In this document: one piece after another, positions 51,201-63,482 of the stretch
Numbering within the stretch: position 1 is the first letter of the stretch
How the letters are laid out: the number at the start of each line of letters is the position of its first letter
Source of the DNA: Trichosphaerium sp. ATCC 40318
Lineage: Eukaryota > Protista > Tubulinea
Assembly (NCBI GenBank): GCA_038496445.1
Contig: JALMLS010000627.1
Location: forward strand, 1 to 64,000
Length of the DNA stretch: 64,000 nt
Direction of reading: 5' to 3'
Notes under the pieces: model-generated
What the model was told of the DNA's origin: nothing
The model's input: the letters and a program-made list of their open reading frames with translations, nothing else
Databases searched by the model: none
Translations under genes and position numbers: made by a program

Positions 51201-51317
51201 ATAAATTATTTGAGCCAAGTACAAGTGCCGAGGAACTAACATGTGTTAATAAGTCGGCAATTGTATATTGCGAAGATTTTTTGATTTAGAAAAACACATT
51301 ATGAAAACCAGAGTGGA

Positions 51318-51749
51318 AAAATTATTTTTATTGTCGGATTCTATGCACTCATACATGTTGCATTAGTGTGCAAAGAATCAGGGTCAAAATTGGTCTGGTA
51401 AGCCAGAAATTTTGACTTTTTTGTCGATTTTTTGCTTCAAAAACGAAGAACTTTTTGAAAAAAAAATTGAAAATACGCGTTTCACATGTTTTAGTGTGTA
51501 AAAAATCATGGCTGAAGTTGACCGTGGTAACATAAATGTTACCTTTCTTATTTTTTTCTGGAAATTTTTGCGTAAAAACATGTCAAATGCGTATTTTCAA
51601 TTTTTTTTTCAAAAAGTTCTTCGTTTTTGAAGCAAAAAATCGACAAAAAAGTCAAAATTTCTGGCTTACCAGACCAATTTTGACCCTGATTCTTTGCACA
51701 CTAATGCAACATGTATGAGTGCATAGAATCCGACAATAAAAATAATTTT
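51318..51749. mobile_element. Foldback/MITE-like element: ~175-bp inverted arms with ~83-bp spacer
   Basis: 51318-51478 matches the reverse complement of ~51589-51749, extending ~14 bp further with 2 mismatches; the spacer holds the hairpin GGTAACATAAATGTTACC. Confidence 0.85.
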
Positions 51750-53236
51750 CTTGCGTTTTTCGAGTACTAAAACTACACATTGAACTTATTAGTTCATCTA
51801 GGGTTTAGACTCCAATTTAGATTTGCTTGCTACAACGAATGTGTTTCAATAAAATTCGACAAGCATTCTATACCAGCATTGACGCGAAAGCAAGGCGACA
51901 GCTAATATAACCAAGGCATGACGGAGAATTTTCCAGTCAGAATATAGACGTCCCTTATGTTGGTCTCTGATGATACTGTAGTACTTTGCAGTGTCAATAA
52001 AAATAAAAACGTACAAATACAAGCTTTCACATGTCCCAAAGCGTTTATTTCCATGTGTAACCATATTGACATTGAGAATCTAACCGTAGTTTTTTAGCCA
52101 CGAAAAAAACACAATTAAGAAGTGTGATAGATGTCTTGTGAATGAGCAGCGTTACCTCTGTTTCTTGCAATTTCTGACACCTCCAATGAAACATGACAGA
52201 TCTCCCAGAACTAGTAAGTTGAGATATCTATAATCTAGATTTTAGGACAAAGAAAAGTAAAACACAATGTAAAGGGTGAGTTATCGCTCAGTTGAGCCGT
52301 ATCAGCGCATTTGACGTTTGATGTTTGTTACTACTTGTTGTAAAGGTGAAATAGGGTGATAATGGTGGCCACAATGCCTGGGGTTTGTGGAGTGACAGAT
52401 GCCTGTTGGTGAAGTTGCAGTCTAGTTCAAAAGGTAAATGAACATGACATAGTAGACTTGTTTGGCAGAAGTACCCTTGTTTAGTAGGCGATATCAGCAA
52501 TGATCAATCAACTTACACTTAAAGGACTTGGCAGTTAATACCAGAACAAATATCCAACAACTACTCTTGACTACCTTACCCTCTTAAATTGTCATTGAAC
52601 AGTGTGAAGCGGTGCTTTTAAGCTCCCAGATAAGACTTACTGTCACGTGATTGTCCTTAGGAAAATAATCCTCATTTCTTCTATAAACAGCTAAATGACA
52701 TGTACACAGCATCTAATACGCATAGAAGTTCTATAGCCGCCTGTTTAGAGGGTTTTACCCTAACAAGTTACAACTAATTGCTTTAGTATGTTTGTTACCG
52801 TTTAATAAACGCTTTGCTGAGCTTAAAAGCTGTTTTAACAAAGTTTAAAGCTTCAATGAACAAAGAAGCTGCCAAACTGCTTTAAAACATGTTATCGACT
52901 ATATCAACGCGTATAAAGACCTATTAACCATCTTTAACAATTATTTGCTTTCTTGGCTGTCCACTTGTAGACTTTGATCCACCTACTAATGTACCGTGTT
53001 AGATGTTTGTTTGTAGCATGTTCCAGCTTTTTGTTTAACGTACAACGACTAAATTGCTTCTCGAAATGGCACAAGTAGTAATTGAAGGTTCCTAGCTCTT
53101 TAAAAATAAGATAATGTACTGTGCACTATACAGCTTAACTTTCAGCAGTAGTTAACGAATTATAGCAGCATAGTTTCAAAGAAACTACTTAAAGCACGAT
53201 TTTGACAGCCAAATGAGATTTACTTATTATTAGCAA

Positions 53237-54077
53237 AACAACTACGAAGCAGTAAACGACTAGTACTACGCACATATTAACGGTACGTAGTATTTTCTTC
53301 CACAAGAATTGAGAGCTGAGACGATACTTTTTCTTTTGTAGACCGTTGCAAAATCATCTACTCTCAACCTTGCCGTGAGGTTTACGCTCTTTTGCAATAC
53401 TTGCCAGTGAACCATAGCTAAATTCTTTAGACATAAATTATCAAACAACTACGAAGTAGTAAACGACTAACGCTACGCACACATTAACGGTACGTAGTAT
53501 TTTCTTTCTCACAAGAATTGAGCGCCGAGACGATACTTTTCTTTTGTAGACTGTTGCAAAATCATCTACTCTCGACCTTGCCGTGAGGTTTACGCTCTTT
53601 TGCAATACTTGCCAGTGAACCATAGCTAAATTCTTTAGACATAAATTATCAAACAACTACGAAGCAGTAAACGACTAACACTACGCACATTAACGGTACG
53701 TAGTATTTTCTTTCTCACAAGAATCAGAGCCGAGATACTTTTTCTTTTTGTAAACCGTTTGGAAAATTGTCTACTCTCAACCTGCGCTGAGTTTGACGCT
53801 CTTTTTGCTTCTTATTTCCCAACATCTCCGATCTTTGATGTTTTCTATTTTTTGGAACAACTGATGTTGTCTAAAAACCATAGTCTACGTAGAAAACTTC
53901 GTTTGCGGTTTTAAAAGTTAGCGTTGTTCTCTACTACGCGCTAAAAATGTCGTCAACAACTTTTTCTTTTGTAAACCGTTTGGAAAATTGTCTACTCTCC
54001 ACCTACGCTGAGTTTGACGCTCTGTTTGCTTCTTATTTCCCAACATCTCCGATCTCTAATGTTTTCTTTTTTTTTCC
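53237..54077. repeat. ~207-bp tandem repeat x3 (starts ~53237, 53444, 53652) whose third unit grades into a ~115-bp segment duplicated at ~53960-54077
   Basis: AACAACTACGAAG(C/T)AGTAAACGACTA recurs three times; TTTGTAAACCGTTTGGAAAATTGTCTACTCTC recurs twice. Confidence 0.9.
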
Positions 54078-54160
54078 TGAACGGTTTTCTAAACTTTTGC
54101 AACTCCCATACAACGCCATTCATACTAATTCATTTATTCTAGATATCTTTACTAGACAAT

Positions 54161-56433
54161 ATGACAGCGCCTACATCTATTTTAGACTTTCCTATTACAA
54201 ATGAAATACTAGCATACATAACTACTTTCGACTCAGAAGTATTTTCAAAATTTTGCATTCTTTCGAAACGTGCTGCTGTTGGTACACGGTACAACACCAA
54301 GTTGCAAAAACATGGCATATGGATGTACTGGCACAACAATGGAGTAATGAGGAGGCGATGTAACATGGTCAACGGCAAATGGCACGGCGAATTGAAGGAG
54401 TGGTATCGCGGTGGAAAACCCAGACTGCAATGTGATACGGTCAAGGGAAAAAAAAGCGGCACTTTGAAGGAGTGGTTTAAATGTGGACAACGCAAGGCAG
54501 AGCGCGTTATGGTAAACAAAGAACGCGGCAAATACAAAGAGTGGTATAAAACCGGACAACTTCGATCACAATGTGTTATGGTCAAGGGAAAACGCCATGG
54601 TACATGGAATGAATGGTATAAATGTGGACAACTCAAGTCAACATGCGATATGCTCAATGGAAAACGCAATGGCGAATGGAAACAATGGCACAAAAATGGC
54701 CAACCCAAGGTAATATGTAGTACAGCCAATGGCGAATGTGGTCACTGCTATCGGTGGGATGAACATGGACAACTGGTATGTGCTTTTTATGTTCTCTGGT
54801 TTCATACCTGCTAACCCTTTTGTAGATGTCAGACAAGATTTTGGTATCTGCTCTGAGGTCTAACGAGAGTTCTGTATGTGGTCTAAAGTGGTGTTTTACT
54901 AACAACTGCCAAGGGTAATCAAAAAAGAAAGAGAACATGCTATGATGCCGAGCGCCCAAAAAAGAAACAGCGTGTAAAAACATCAAGAAAAGAGCCAGCA
55001 GAAAAGCAGGAAACAAAGCACTTGGTATCAAAAAAAAAACAACCAGCAGAAAAGAAGAAGCAAGTGGTGTCAAAGCCAAAGAAGCAGGTGGTGTCAAAAC
55101 GGAAGCAGGTGGCGTCAAAGAAGAAGCAGGTGGTGTCAAAGCCAAAAAAGCAGGTGGTGTCAAAACTAAAGCAGGTGGCCTCAAAGAAGAATCAGGTGGT
55201 GTCAAAATTGAAGCAGGCGGTGTTAAAGAAGAAGCAAGCGGTGTCAAAACCAAAGCAGGTGGCATCAAAAAAGAAGCGTCCTGTGGAAATACCAAACATT
55301 AAAGTACCTGGGAGGTGAGTAAAAAAACCCACAAAAATTCTTATTCTGACAATAACTATAATAGACATGCAAAAAGACATCTATCTGCACCTGCCAAGCC
55401 ACGACAACGAACTAATACAAAACCACCAAACCTAGGATCTACATGGTGGGACCTAACATATAAAAAAAGACCTATACCACTTACTGCAAACCAGTTACGT
55501 TCGTACTTTGATCATTACAACAGAGAGAGGTACTGTTCTTTTGTAAAATGGGTTATTGTTAAGTGTCTTTTTTTTTAGATCTGTCCAATTAATGCATGAC
55601 CGGGCAGCAGTACTTCTGTTTGCAACAATTGATAACTTGTTTGCAGAGTTTGAACAAGAGAACTTGAAAGAAAAATATGATTTTACGTTTGATGAGTGGG
55701 TAGCAGAATTTGGTGAATCTTGGGAAGAGTACCAACCATGCTTTCAAGGTAAACATGAAGACGTGAGTGAAGCAATGGTCACACTGTACCTTCATGATAA
55801 GCAGGGAGAGGCAATAACAGTTATTATTGAAGCATATTTGGACCTAGAGGCTATCCTCATTCCCCTAGGATACAATGCTAAGCCTGAAACACCAAGTATG
55901 CCGTTTTAAGCAACGTTTTTATTTTATTTTTAATTATTTACAATAGAGTATGTTGCAGTGCTGGACTCAAAGTACAAATATATTTGTTTTTGTTTTGTCG
56001 GACCTTACGCTAATGTCTATTTGTTAGAAAAAATCTTCTCCAGCATAATGTAGATGATCTTTACAATGGAGCATTCCAAGGCTTGGCTGACATAACAAAT
56101 TTGAAAGTATTGTTCAAAGAAGTGGCAAAAACACTTGGTAGAATATGCTTGATGTACAAACATCTCTTACCTGATGGTCTACCACAACTAATTACAATGG
56201 ACATCACTTGTTGGAATACATTCTTGTATGGAGACAAGAAGCTAATAACATTCGTAGTCAGGCATGGACGAGCTTTACACAGAACTTGCCGACGACTAAA
56301 GCGTCAAATACGAAATCGCTTCTTCAAAATTAAACAGTATCGAAATGATTGTGCAGCACAGAAATACTTTGATGTAAAAGCTGCATGTCTAGAATGTCAT
56401 AAATTTTTGACGTTTTTTAATCCTGTTGAATAA
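54161..56433 (+). CDS. F-box-like N-terminus + MORN-variant (YwqK-type) repeats + Lys-rich H1-like repeats + unknown C-terminal domain; spliced, one apparent frameshift near 55300
   Basis: ILDFPITNEILAYI; ~6 repeats NGKxHGxWKEWYxxGQ; intron 54776-54825 (GTATGT..CTAAC..TAG) joins in frame to MSDKIL; further GT-AG introns to TAA at 56433. Confidence 0.65.
55053..55275 (+). repeat. Coding minisatellite (21/24-nt units) encoding (K)KQV(V/A)SK(P)
   Basis: AAGCAGGTGGTGTCAAA repeated about 10 times. Confidence 0.85.
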
Positions 56434-57371
56434 TAAACAAATATGCAACTGTAGTAACTACCATTTATTTTGCAACATATCATCCTTGTTTACAAGAACT
56501 CACTTTGCAATACCAGCGGCAAACTGACTGTTGAAATTCTTCTCCAGCCCAAATTCACAAGTTGGTACATGAGTTAAAATAAGTATGTCCTAGTGGAATT
56601 AATAAGTAGGCGCTTTAGGTTTAGAATTGCACATTGCTTTGCCACTGTATTTTCTTTTTTTTTAAATTCCAGGACTTTGTTAACCTTATTGCATGTACTA
56701 ATGCTGTTCGTTCGCTATTAGAATTCTCATTCTAAGCTGGTGTTTGGTTGACACCTTTCCTACCATCTTAGATACTACCTTATTGTTCTAATTATGACAG
56801 AGAACGAGGTTGTACAGTATTCAACCTAACGTTTCTTCCTTTAGTAACTTACCATTAGTAGTAGTGTACCATTAAGGAATTTCGACTCGTAAAAAGTTGA
56901 GCGTAAAAATAATTTGTTTCGAGAGATTTGACCTTTTTTGGGTGTTTTTTTACGCTCAAAACTTTTCATGGCTGTACACGTGTTTTACTCCGTTACAGAC
57001 GTTTGGGTAAACTTGAGTTGACTTCATATAAATCAACAACAACAACAACCGACAAAGCTTTAACAACATGGCGAGCAGCAATCACCCACATCCCACCCAA
57101 AAATTTCCTTTTCAATTTGTTTTAAACTGTAAAACTTTTCTTTTATTTTCCAGTGTTCTTGTATAATATAGCAAATGCTTGGCGCTGCGCTAGAGCCACA
57201 AGACATTTTGTCTTCCTCCCAACATCGTCTTAGTTAGTGTTCCTTGGTTAGTTGATAGAAGAAAGTCAACTGAGAGTGTTAGAACTCTAACTCGTAAATC
57301 GTAATTTTTGAACAATTTTTTTATTGAATAACAAAAGAGGTTTCAAGTAATTAGCTTACAAATACAAAAGC

Positions 57372-58270
57372 TTACAAATAACGCAGTTGGCGAACATAGT
57401 GGAGACACATTATTTTGCAGTGTGTAAGCTGCCACGAAACAATCATTTCCATGGCATGAAGTTCAAGGGACTGTCCGCGGTATCTCCCAGATGCTGCTTT
57501 AAAAAACCCGTTTCGAGCATTGTTGATCTCAATAGGTGAGCGAGCAGCATGTCGTCTGCAAAAGTCTTTGCTAAGCCAATCATTTGGGCAAAGAAGATTT
57601 GGGTCATTATCATTGAATCCCAAATCTGCAAGAGCTATGATTTCGTGCTCTACAAGCTCTTCTCTGGGGCAGTAGACATATTAAAAGCCACCCTATCATT
57701 GTTGTGGCCTACAGTGTGTTAGAAATAACAACAAATGGATACTCAAGAAACAACCCACATAAATCAAGTTTCCACGAGAATCTGCCACTGTGAGTGTGTT
57801 TAAAAAGTGAGCATGCTTATCTCCTCTGTATAGAAGGTGTTGTCCTGGGTGCACCCGATTTCTGAGAGCCTTAGTGTAACAGTTAAAAAAAGTAGTGTAC
57901 CTGTAGTGTGAGGTACAATCTAACATTGCTTTACAGCCATCAAATCTTCCAGGGATATGCTCCCAACTTGCAGGCCATTTTATGTACTTTAAAGTGCTGT
58001 ACAGCGCAGGAATTATATGATAAACCTCACGTGTCACTGTACTTGTACTCACTTGAAACATTCTAGCCAACTTACTTGTACAATAGTTGTGTCGTAGCTT
58101 TTGTAAGCACAAGTGTCAGTCTTAGCCGTGGATTCAACTTTGTTGAGGGTTTTTTTTGCTCTTTTTCGTTTAAAATGCGGTTTGAAAATGTATCTGTCGA
58201 TGTTCTTCCACTCTAGTGTATTAGTTCCTAAGCTTACAAACGTTGCCAACAACTGTTGAGCTTGACGCAT
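57372..58270 (-). mobile_element. PIF/Harbinger-superfamily (DDE_Tnp_4 type) transposase, intron-containing, probably defective
   Basis: HTH LARMFQVSTSTVTREV; MLDCTSH (D1); YRGDKH; GHNND; LADLGF (D2); RSPIE (E). 5' frameshift; no TIRs found. Confidence 0.8.
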
Positions 58271-58273
58271 TCG

Positions 58274-59199
58274 TCACGTGCCCAACGTTCTGGTATTCGC
58301 ATGATTTGCGTTGAGATGCACGTAATTTGGCCTCACTGAAAACATTGGCATTGAGCCAAGGAGCCAATTGAACGAAAAGAATGGGAACAATGGATCAGTT
58401 TCACTGTCTTGAGAAAAAATCATTTAGGCAATCAACTCCCTTGCAAAAGAAAACAATGTACTCCACTTTGATCTCCAGTCTTTTATCATCTCAGGAAAAG
58501 CGCAAGCATAGTAATCCTAAAACAAGTTAATATATGAAAGACAGGTACAGGTTGGTAACTGTTTGTTTCTCCTTGATACCAAAGAGTACCTTTTATTGTC
58601 ATCTAAAAAAACAATCAGTTTGAGTAATACGTCCGAAAGCAAGAAGGTTCGTACATCTAGTATTGGTCTATCATTGCGTTCCACAAAACATGAATATCAT
58701 GTGGACCACCAACACTGTTCGTTCCATTGCATACTTTTGTTGCATCCGGAGAGCTCCAAGCCTAAATAGTACAACGTCAATACAATATAGCCACGCGTAC
58801 TTTACCGCACCTGTACTGGTGTACCACCCCAGTTATCACTCAACTAAATAAAAAAAATGTAAGATAAAAAGCCTGATGTCATGTGTAAACGGTTTACGTA
58901 CAAGTCCAATAGGCACCTTACCATCAAGGTGATTGTATAAGTCTCTTCCAAAAAACCAACGCATAGCACTAAATTCGCCCCAGTTTCCAACGCCAATGGA
59001 TTGACTACTTGCAGGAATCCACGGCTGTGCAATCTTTTTAAACTCTTGTAAAGGCTAGAACAGTTTTTGTCAACTAACACCTTCTAAGCTGGTACGCAAT
59101 AACATACAGTTACAGAAGTTGTAGACTCGCCTACTGTCATTACACGTATATTCGGACAATCACTGGCAGCTGCCACTTCTTTTGTATTGTTGAAAGCTT
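58274..59199 (-). pseudogene. Sialate O-acetylesterase (SASA) internal fragment, copy A
   Basis: [32 protein letters not shown]|AWSSPDA, WNAMI; paralogous to ~60520-61470; truncated at both ends. Confidence 0.8.
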
Positions 59200-59934
59200 A
59201 CTAGGCCAAGTGTTAAAAGGCGACAAGTTTTTCCGCTATCACGTGCCTTTGCCCTCCACAAACATAAACGTCACCAAATAGAACATCCTTTTAACTTGTA
59301 AGTTACTTTTGCAGTTATTAAAACAACGCACAGATAGTATTTGACTTCCAACGCTTGAGGAAGCTTCAATCCTGAGGAAAAATATGAGAAAAACTCTCAC
59401 GTACAATGTCGTACGTGTATGGACCACCAGCAGGTGTAGGATCAAGGTAGAGTTACCAAACTCCCTTAAAAACTGTTAAAATTAATCACGTGCGCAAAAA
59501 GAGGAAAGCGTACAATTGACCAGAAGATGCCTGATATTTTTTGTTGTTGAAAGTGACTGTAATCTTTGCGTAACGGCATTAGTTGTGTTTAGTGATGAAT
59601 AAATGACTTACTATGTCGCCAGGATGAGAGAAACCCATACACTTGCTCTTTGAGGAGCTCTCTGTTATACCATGTGATCGCCAAGAGCGTTTAAAAACAG
59701 CGCTTCAAAAACCATTAGAAAGTCTCTGTTTAAGTATTCGTACCGCATAGGCGAAAGTTGTAAGCGTCAGAAGCGTTAACAGCAAGACAGTATTCGTTTG
59801 GGTATGATATGGAAAAGCAATTACCAACAAGTCATTCAAAATCCACTGGATTTGAAAGGATGCTTGACCAGCGAATGAAATAGATGAAACAACCTAAACC
59901 TTACAATCAACTTAAGAAACATGTATGTGATAAT

Positions 59935-61482
59935 TTATTCAGTTGATGGTCTGTTTACAGGATAAGGGTTTGGAAAAAAGAAAGGCGTTACAGGTACATC
60001 TAGATTTGCAATCACTTCAACATCAGTGCCTACAATTGTAGCTGTTGCTTGAAACCTATCATAAACAATTAACAATTTTTGCGTTTCTTTAGCTTCGGTA
60101 TAATTGTAACAAACAGTCTTAATTGAAGGCATACCATTTACCACTCTTTGATTGAAGTTTGAAACCTGAATATTCTTTGGCAGGTACTTTGTCAAGACAC
60201 GTTTTAGCCTCGAAAGTAAGTCACTTCCAATTGAATCAGAATAGAATGATGTACGTGCTGTAGCACTTTTTGGTCCAGCCTTGTTGAATACATTAATTTG
60301 CCGCGTTATGCAATAGTGATAAGAGGGACCAGCGTACTGAAACAGTTTCAATCTTTTGCCCATGGTCCCAAGTATTGAACATCTTTTTCACCATAAGCGA
60401 ATGCTTGAGCGTTTTTCAAGAGTCTTTGACCACAGGTTGTTTATCTCTTGGATGAATGGAACCGAAAGGAGAAGTTGGATCTCCCCTACATAAACAATTA
60501 GTTTGAAAAGCCAGCAGTACTATCACATACCCGACGTTTTGGTTTTCGCATGCTTCAAGTTGAGATGCGCGCAATTCAGGTTCATTTACAACATTTGCGT
60601 CAAGCCAAGGAGGCAGTTGAACGAAAAAGAATGGGAACAATGGATCAGTTTCACTGTCTTGAGAAAAAATCATTTAGGCAACCAACCCTTGCAAAAGAAA
60701 GCGACGACTCCACTTTGATCTCCAGTCTTTTATCATCTCAGGAAAAGCGCAAGCATAGTAATCCTAAAACGATGTAAGTTAATACTTAGATTATCAATAA
60801 AGACGGTACAGGTTGGTAACTGTTTGTTTCTCCTTGATACCAAAAGCACCTTTTATTGTCATCTAAAAAAACAATCAGTTTGAGTAATACGTCCGAAAGC
60901 AAGAAGGTTCGTACATCTAGTATTGGTACTATCATTGCGTTCCATAGTACATTAGGATCATTTTGATTACCAGCACATGCTGTTAAAGTGAGATTGCATA
61001 CTTTCGATGCATCCGGAGAGCTCCAAGCCTAAATAGTACAACGTCAATATAATATAGCAACACGTACTTTACCGCACCTGTACTGGCGTACCACCCCAGT
61101 TATCACTCAACTAAAATAAACAAAACAATGTAAGATATAGTATCATTCTGTATTCACGTACAAGTCCAATAGGCACTTTACCATCAAGGTGATTGTATAA
61201 GTCTCTTCCAAAGAACCAACACACAGCACTAAATGAAGACCAGTTTCCAACGCCAATGGATTGACTACTTGCAGGAATCCATGGATGATCAACTTTTTTG
61301 AACTCTTGTACAGGCTACAGTTGTTGAAGTTAGAATAGAGCGGCAACACAAACATCAGCGGCGTATCTTAACTTACAATTTTAGAGTATGTAGATTGTCC
61401 TACTGTCATTACACGTATATCTGGGAAATCATTCGCAGGCGCAACTTCTTTTGTATTGTTGAAAGCTTGGTTGACAGTGAAT
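59935..61482 (-). pseudogene. Sialate O-acetylesterase fragment, copy B (5'-truncated, frameshifted)
   Basis: [63 protein letters not shown]; the GQSN catalytic-Ser exon was not found upstream. Confidence 0.82.
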
Positions 61483-61615
61483 CTATCAAGTAGAATTAAT
61501 GCTACAGTATCATCAGTTGCCATAGTGTAGTTCTATTAGCAAAACAACGCTAAAAGAAGTTTGATTGAAATAGTGTTCCTTTGAGCGAAATTTCATTACA
61601 TCAAACAACGTTAAC

Positions 61616-62005
61616 ATGTCCTCTCAACAACCAACAAACAGCCAGAGTTTATTTCAGCCAATAACAGTTGATCCTTACACCTACCTTAGTCAAAGGCCAA
61701 TAGGTGCAAAGCCAACGCAGTAAAGCATGTGCTACATGCTCCTACACCAGGTTATCAACCACCAACTGTGGCTGGAGTTAAAAAACGTAAACCAACCTGA
61801 GTCCTCCTTCAATCGCAGAATGGACACTAAACGCACGGAAAAGGACAATTCAGTTCTAGCAGAAAATGAAGCGAAGTTTCGGGAGGTGCTTTCAACAGCT
61901 ATAGTTACATTGACAAGTCTGCTTGAGTGTGGACAAGCGCATGATGAGCACATGATGGCAATGCTGGAAAAAATATACGCTAGAACACCAAGCAGCAAAG
62001 CCTAA
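61616..62005 (+). CDS. Short hypothetical or degenerate ORF (helical C-terminus)
   Basis: ATG after CAACGTTAAC; broken frames; AATAAA after the stop; no recognisable motif. Confidence 0.25.
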
Positions 62006-63482
62006 GATGTGTAATATTACATTAATAAATAAATTGTTTATTTTCAAACTGTTTACAAATTACGTTTTACGAGCCCGAAGGTATTAATAGAAAGACCATA
62101 ACACCTGTTTAGGCATACAGTTTGAACAAGATTCGTACCCGTACAAAGTTTCAACGCTATCATCTCAGGCTTCAAATACGTAAGCGCACAATGGTATAAT
62201 TCTGTCCAAATAACAATACTAATCGATATTTAACATAAATTCACAATAATCTTTACCTTTTATTTTGATACTTTGGGCATATTAGCGACGTTATGGTTGT
62301 ATTTTTCGTTGATACTTTACCTGTACTAGCAAAAAGACAATCTTGTCGTTTTAAGACGGCTCCCGGGTGCAATGTGGGTGCCCTCAGCGTCCAGTGTTAA
62401 CGAACGGTGCTGGAATGTATCTCCTGGCCGTACCGGGGTTGTCGTGCTCAAGAGCCCGATAGGATGGAGAGCTACGGTACCTACAAGCCATGGTTCTTGC
62501 ACAAACCGGGTGCTTGGATACGCTCTCCACGTTAACAGTTGTCGATTCCTTCGCCGATATACAAGGAAAATTGAAATACTTATGTACCATTCATTTGTGG
62601 ATAAAAATAAAAAGTGGTATTGAGAAATGTTGATAATATACGATTTCAATCGCCCCACCATATTACATTGGTATTTATGAGCATGTTGTATCTTCGTTTT
62701 ATTGACCAAAGGTAAATTCGAGGACAATTTCATCTAATTCACTGAAATATCCAGTCTAATACTCCAAATATGGATAATGCACATTTCAAAACTCTCAAAA
62801 AGCCCTTGTACTACATATTTTCATGCGTATGAACGTATTAACGGTATCGATGATGTTTTGGTTCGCGAAACATGGCTAAACTATTAATTCTTTTTTCTGT
62901 GTATATTTTAGGTGACTTCATTTGATTACTCCAACACAGTACGTTGATGCCAAAGGCTGTTTTACGCTATGTTCGCAATATATAAAGCGAATTCGGTGAA
63001 ATAGTACGCATATGGTAATGACGGTTAGTATGGTTCTAGTCATTGCATACATTGGTAGCGCTGAAAACATGTGGTTTCTCAGACATGCCAAACGCGAAAT
63101 AAGCTGTATTGTCTACGACGGAGAAATATCAACAAAGAAATTCTGAGCATGATGCTATGACAATTTATTTACATGCGAATTAGCGCTTTGCTTAAAACTA
63201 GCGGAAAATAATAAAATATGACCTCCACGCTTCCCCAAGAGCACTTGAGCGTTACTCCAATCCGAGCTGCCTGTTTCACGACATGTAACCACTTCTCACC
63301 TGGCGAAGACTACAATGAGATGGTTTGGGCAGTATCCGCTACTGAGGCGATTTCCTTTACGCTTGAAAATGTTGTCTTTTGTTCGTTTTATCAAGTAGAC
63401 AACACTTAACTGCAAAATAAACAGCTTCGGCAATTGTACAAACGTTCACTTGGAGTGATTCTGTCATTGTTGAACGCCTACA

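Noticed and set aside
53266-53656. Duplicated minus-strand ORFs MFDNLCLKNL...
   Set aside because: They simply track the 207-bp repeat, use non-ATG starts and show no protein motif.
53237-56433. Complete endogenous giant virus, virophage or Polinton
   Set aside because: No capsid, packaging ATPase, PolB or other hallmark gene; only one virus-like module is present.
56891-56966. Short inverted repeat (AAAAGTTGAGCGTAAAAA...TTTTTACGCTCAAAACTTTT) as TIRs of the transposase
   Set aside because: Both arms lie on the same side of the ORF, so they do not bracket it.
62180-63410. Possible coding remnants
   Set aside because: Short broken frames with no recognisable motif; cannot be supported without a search.
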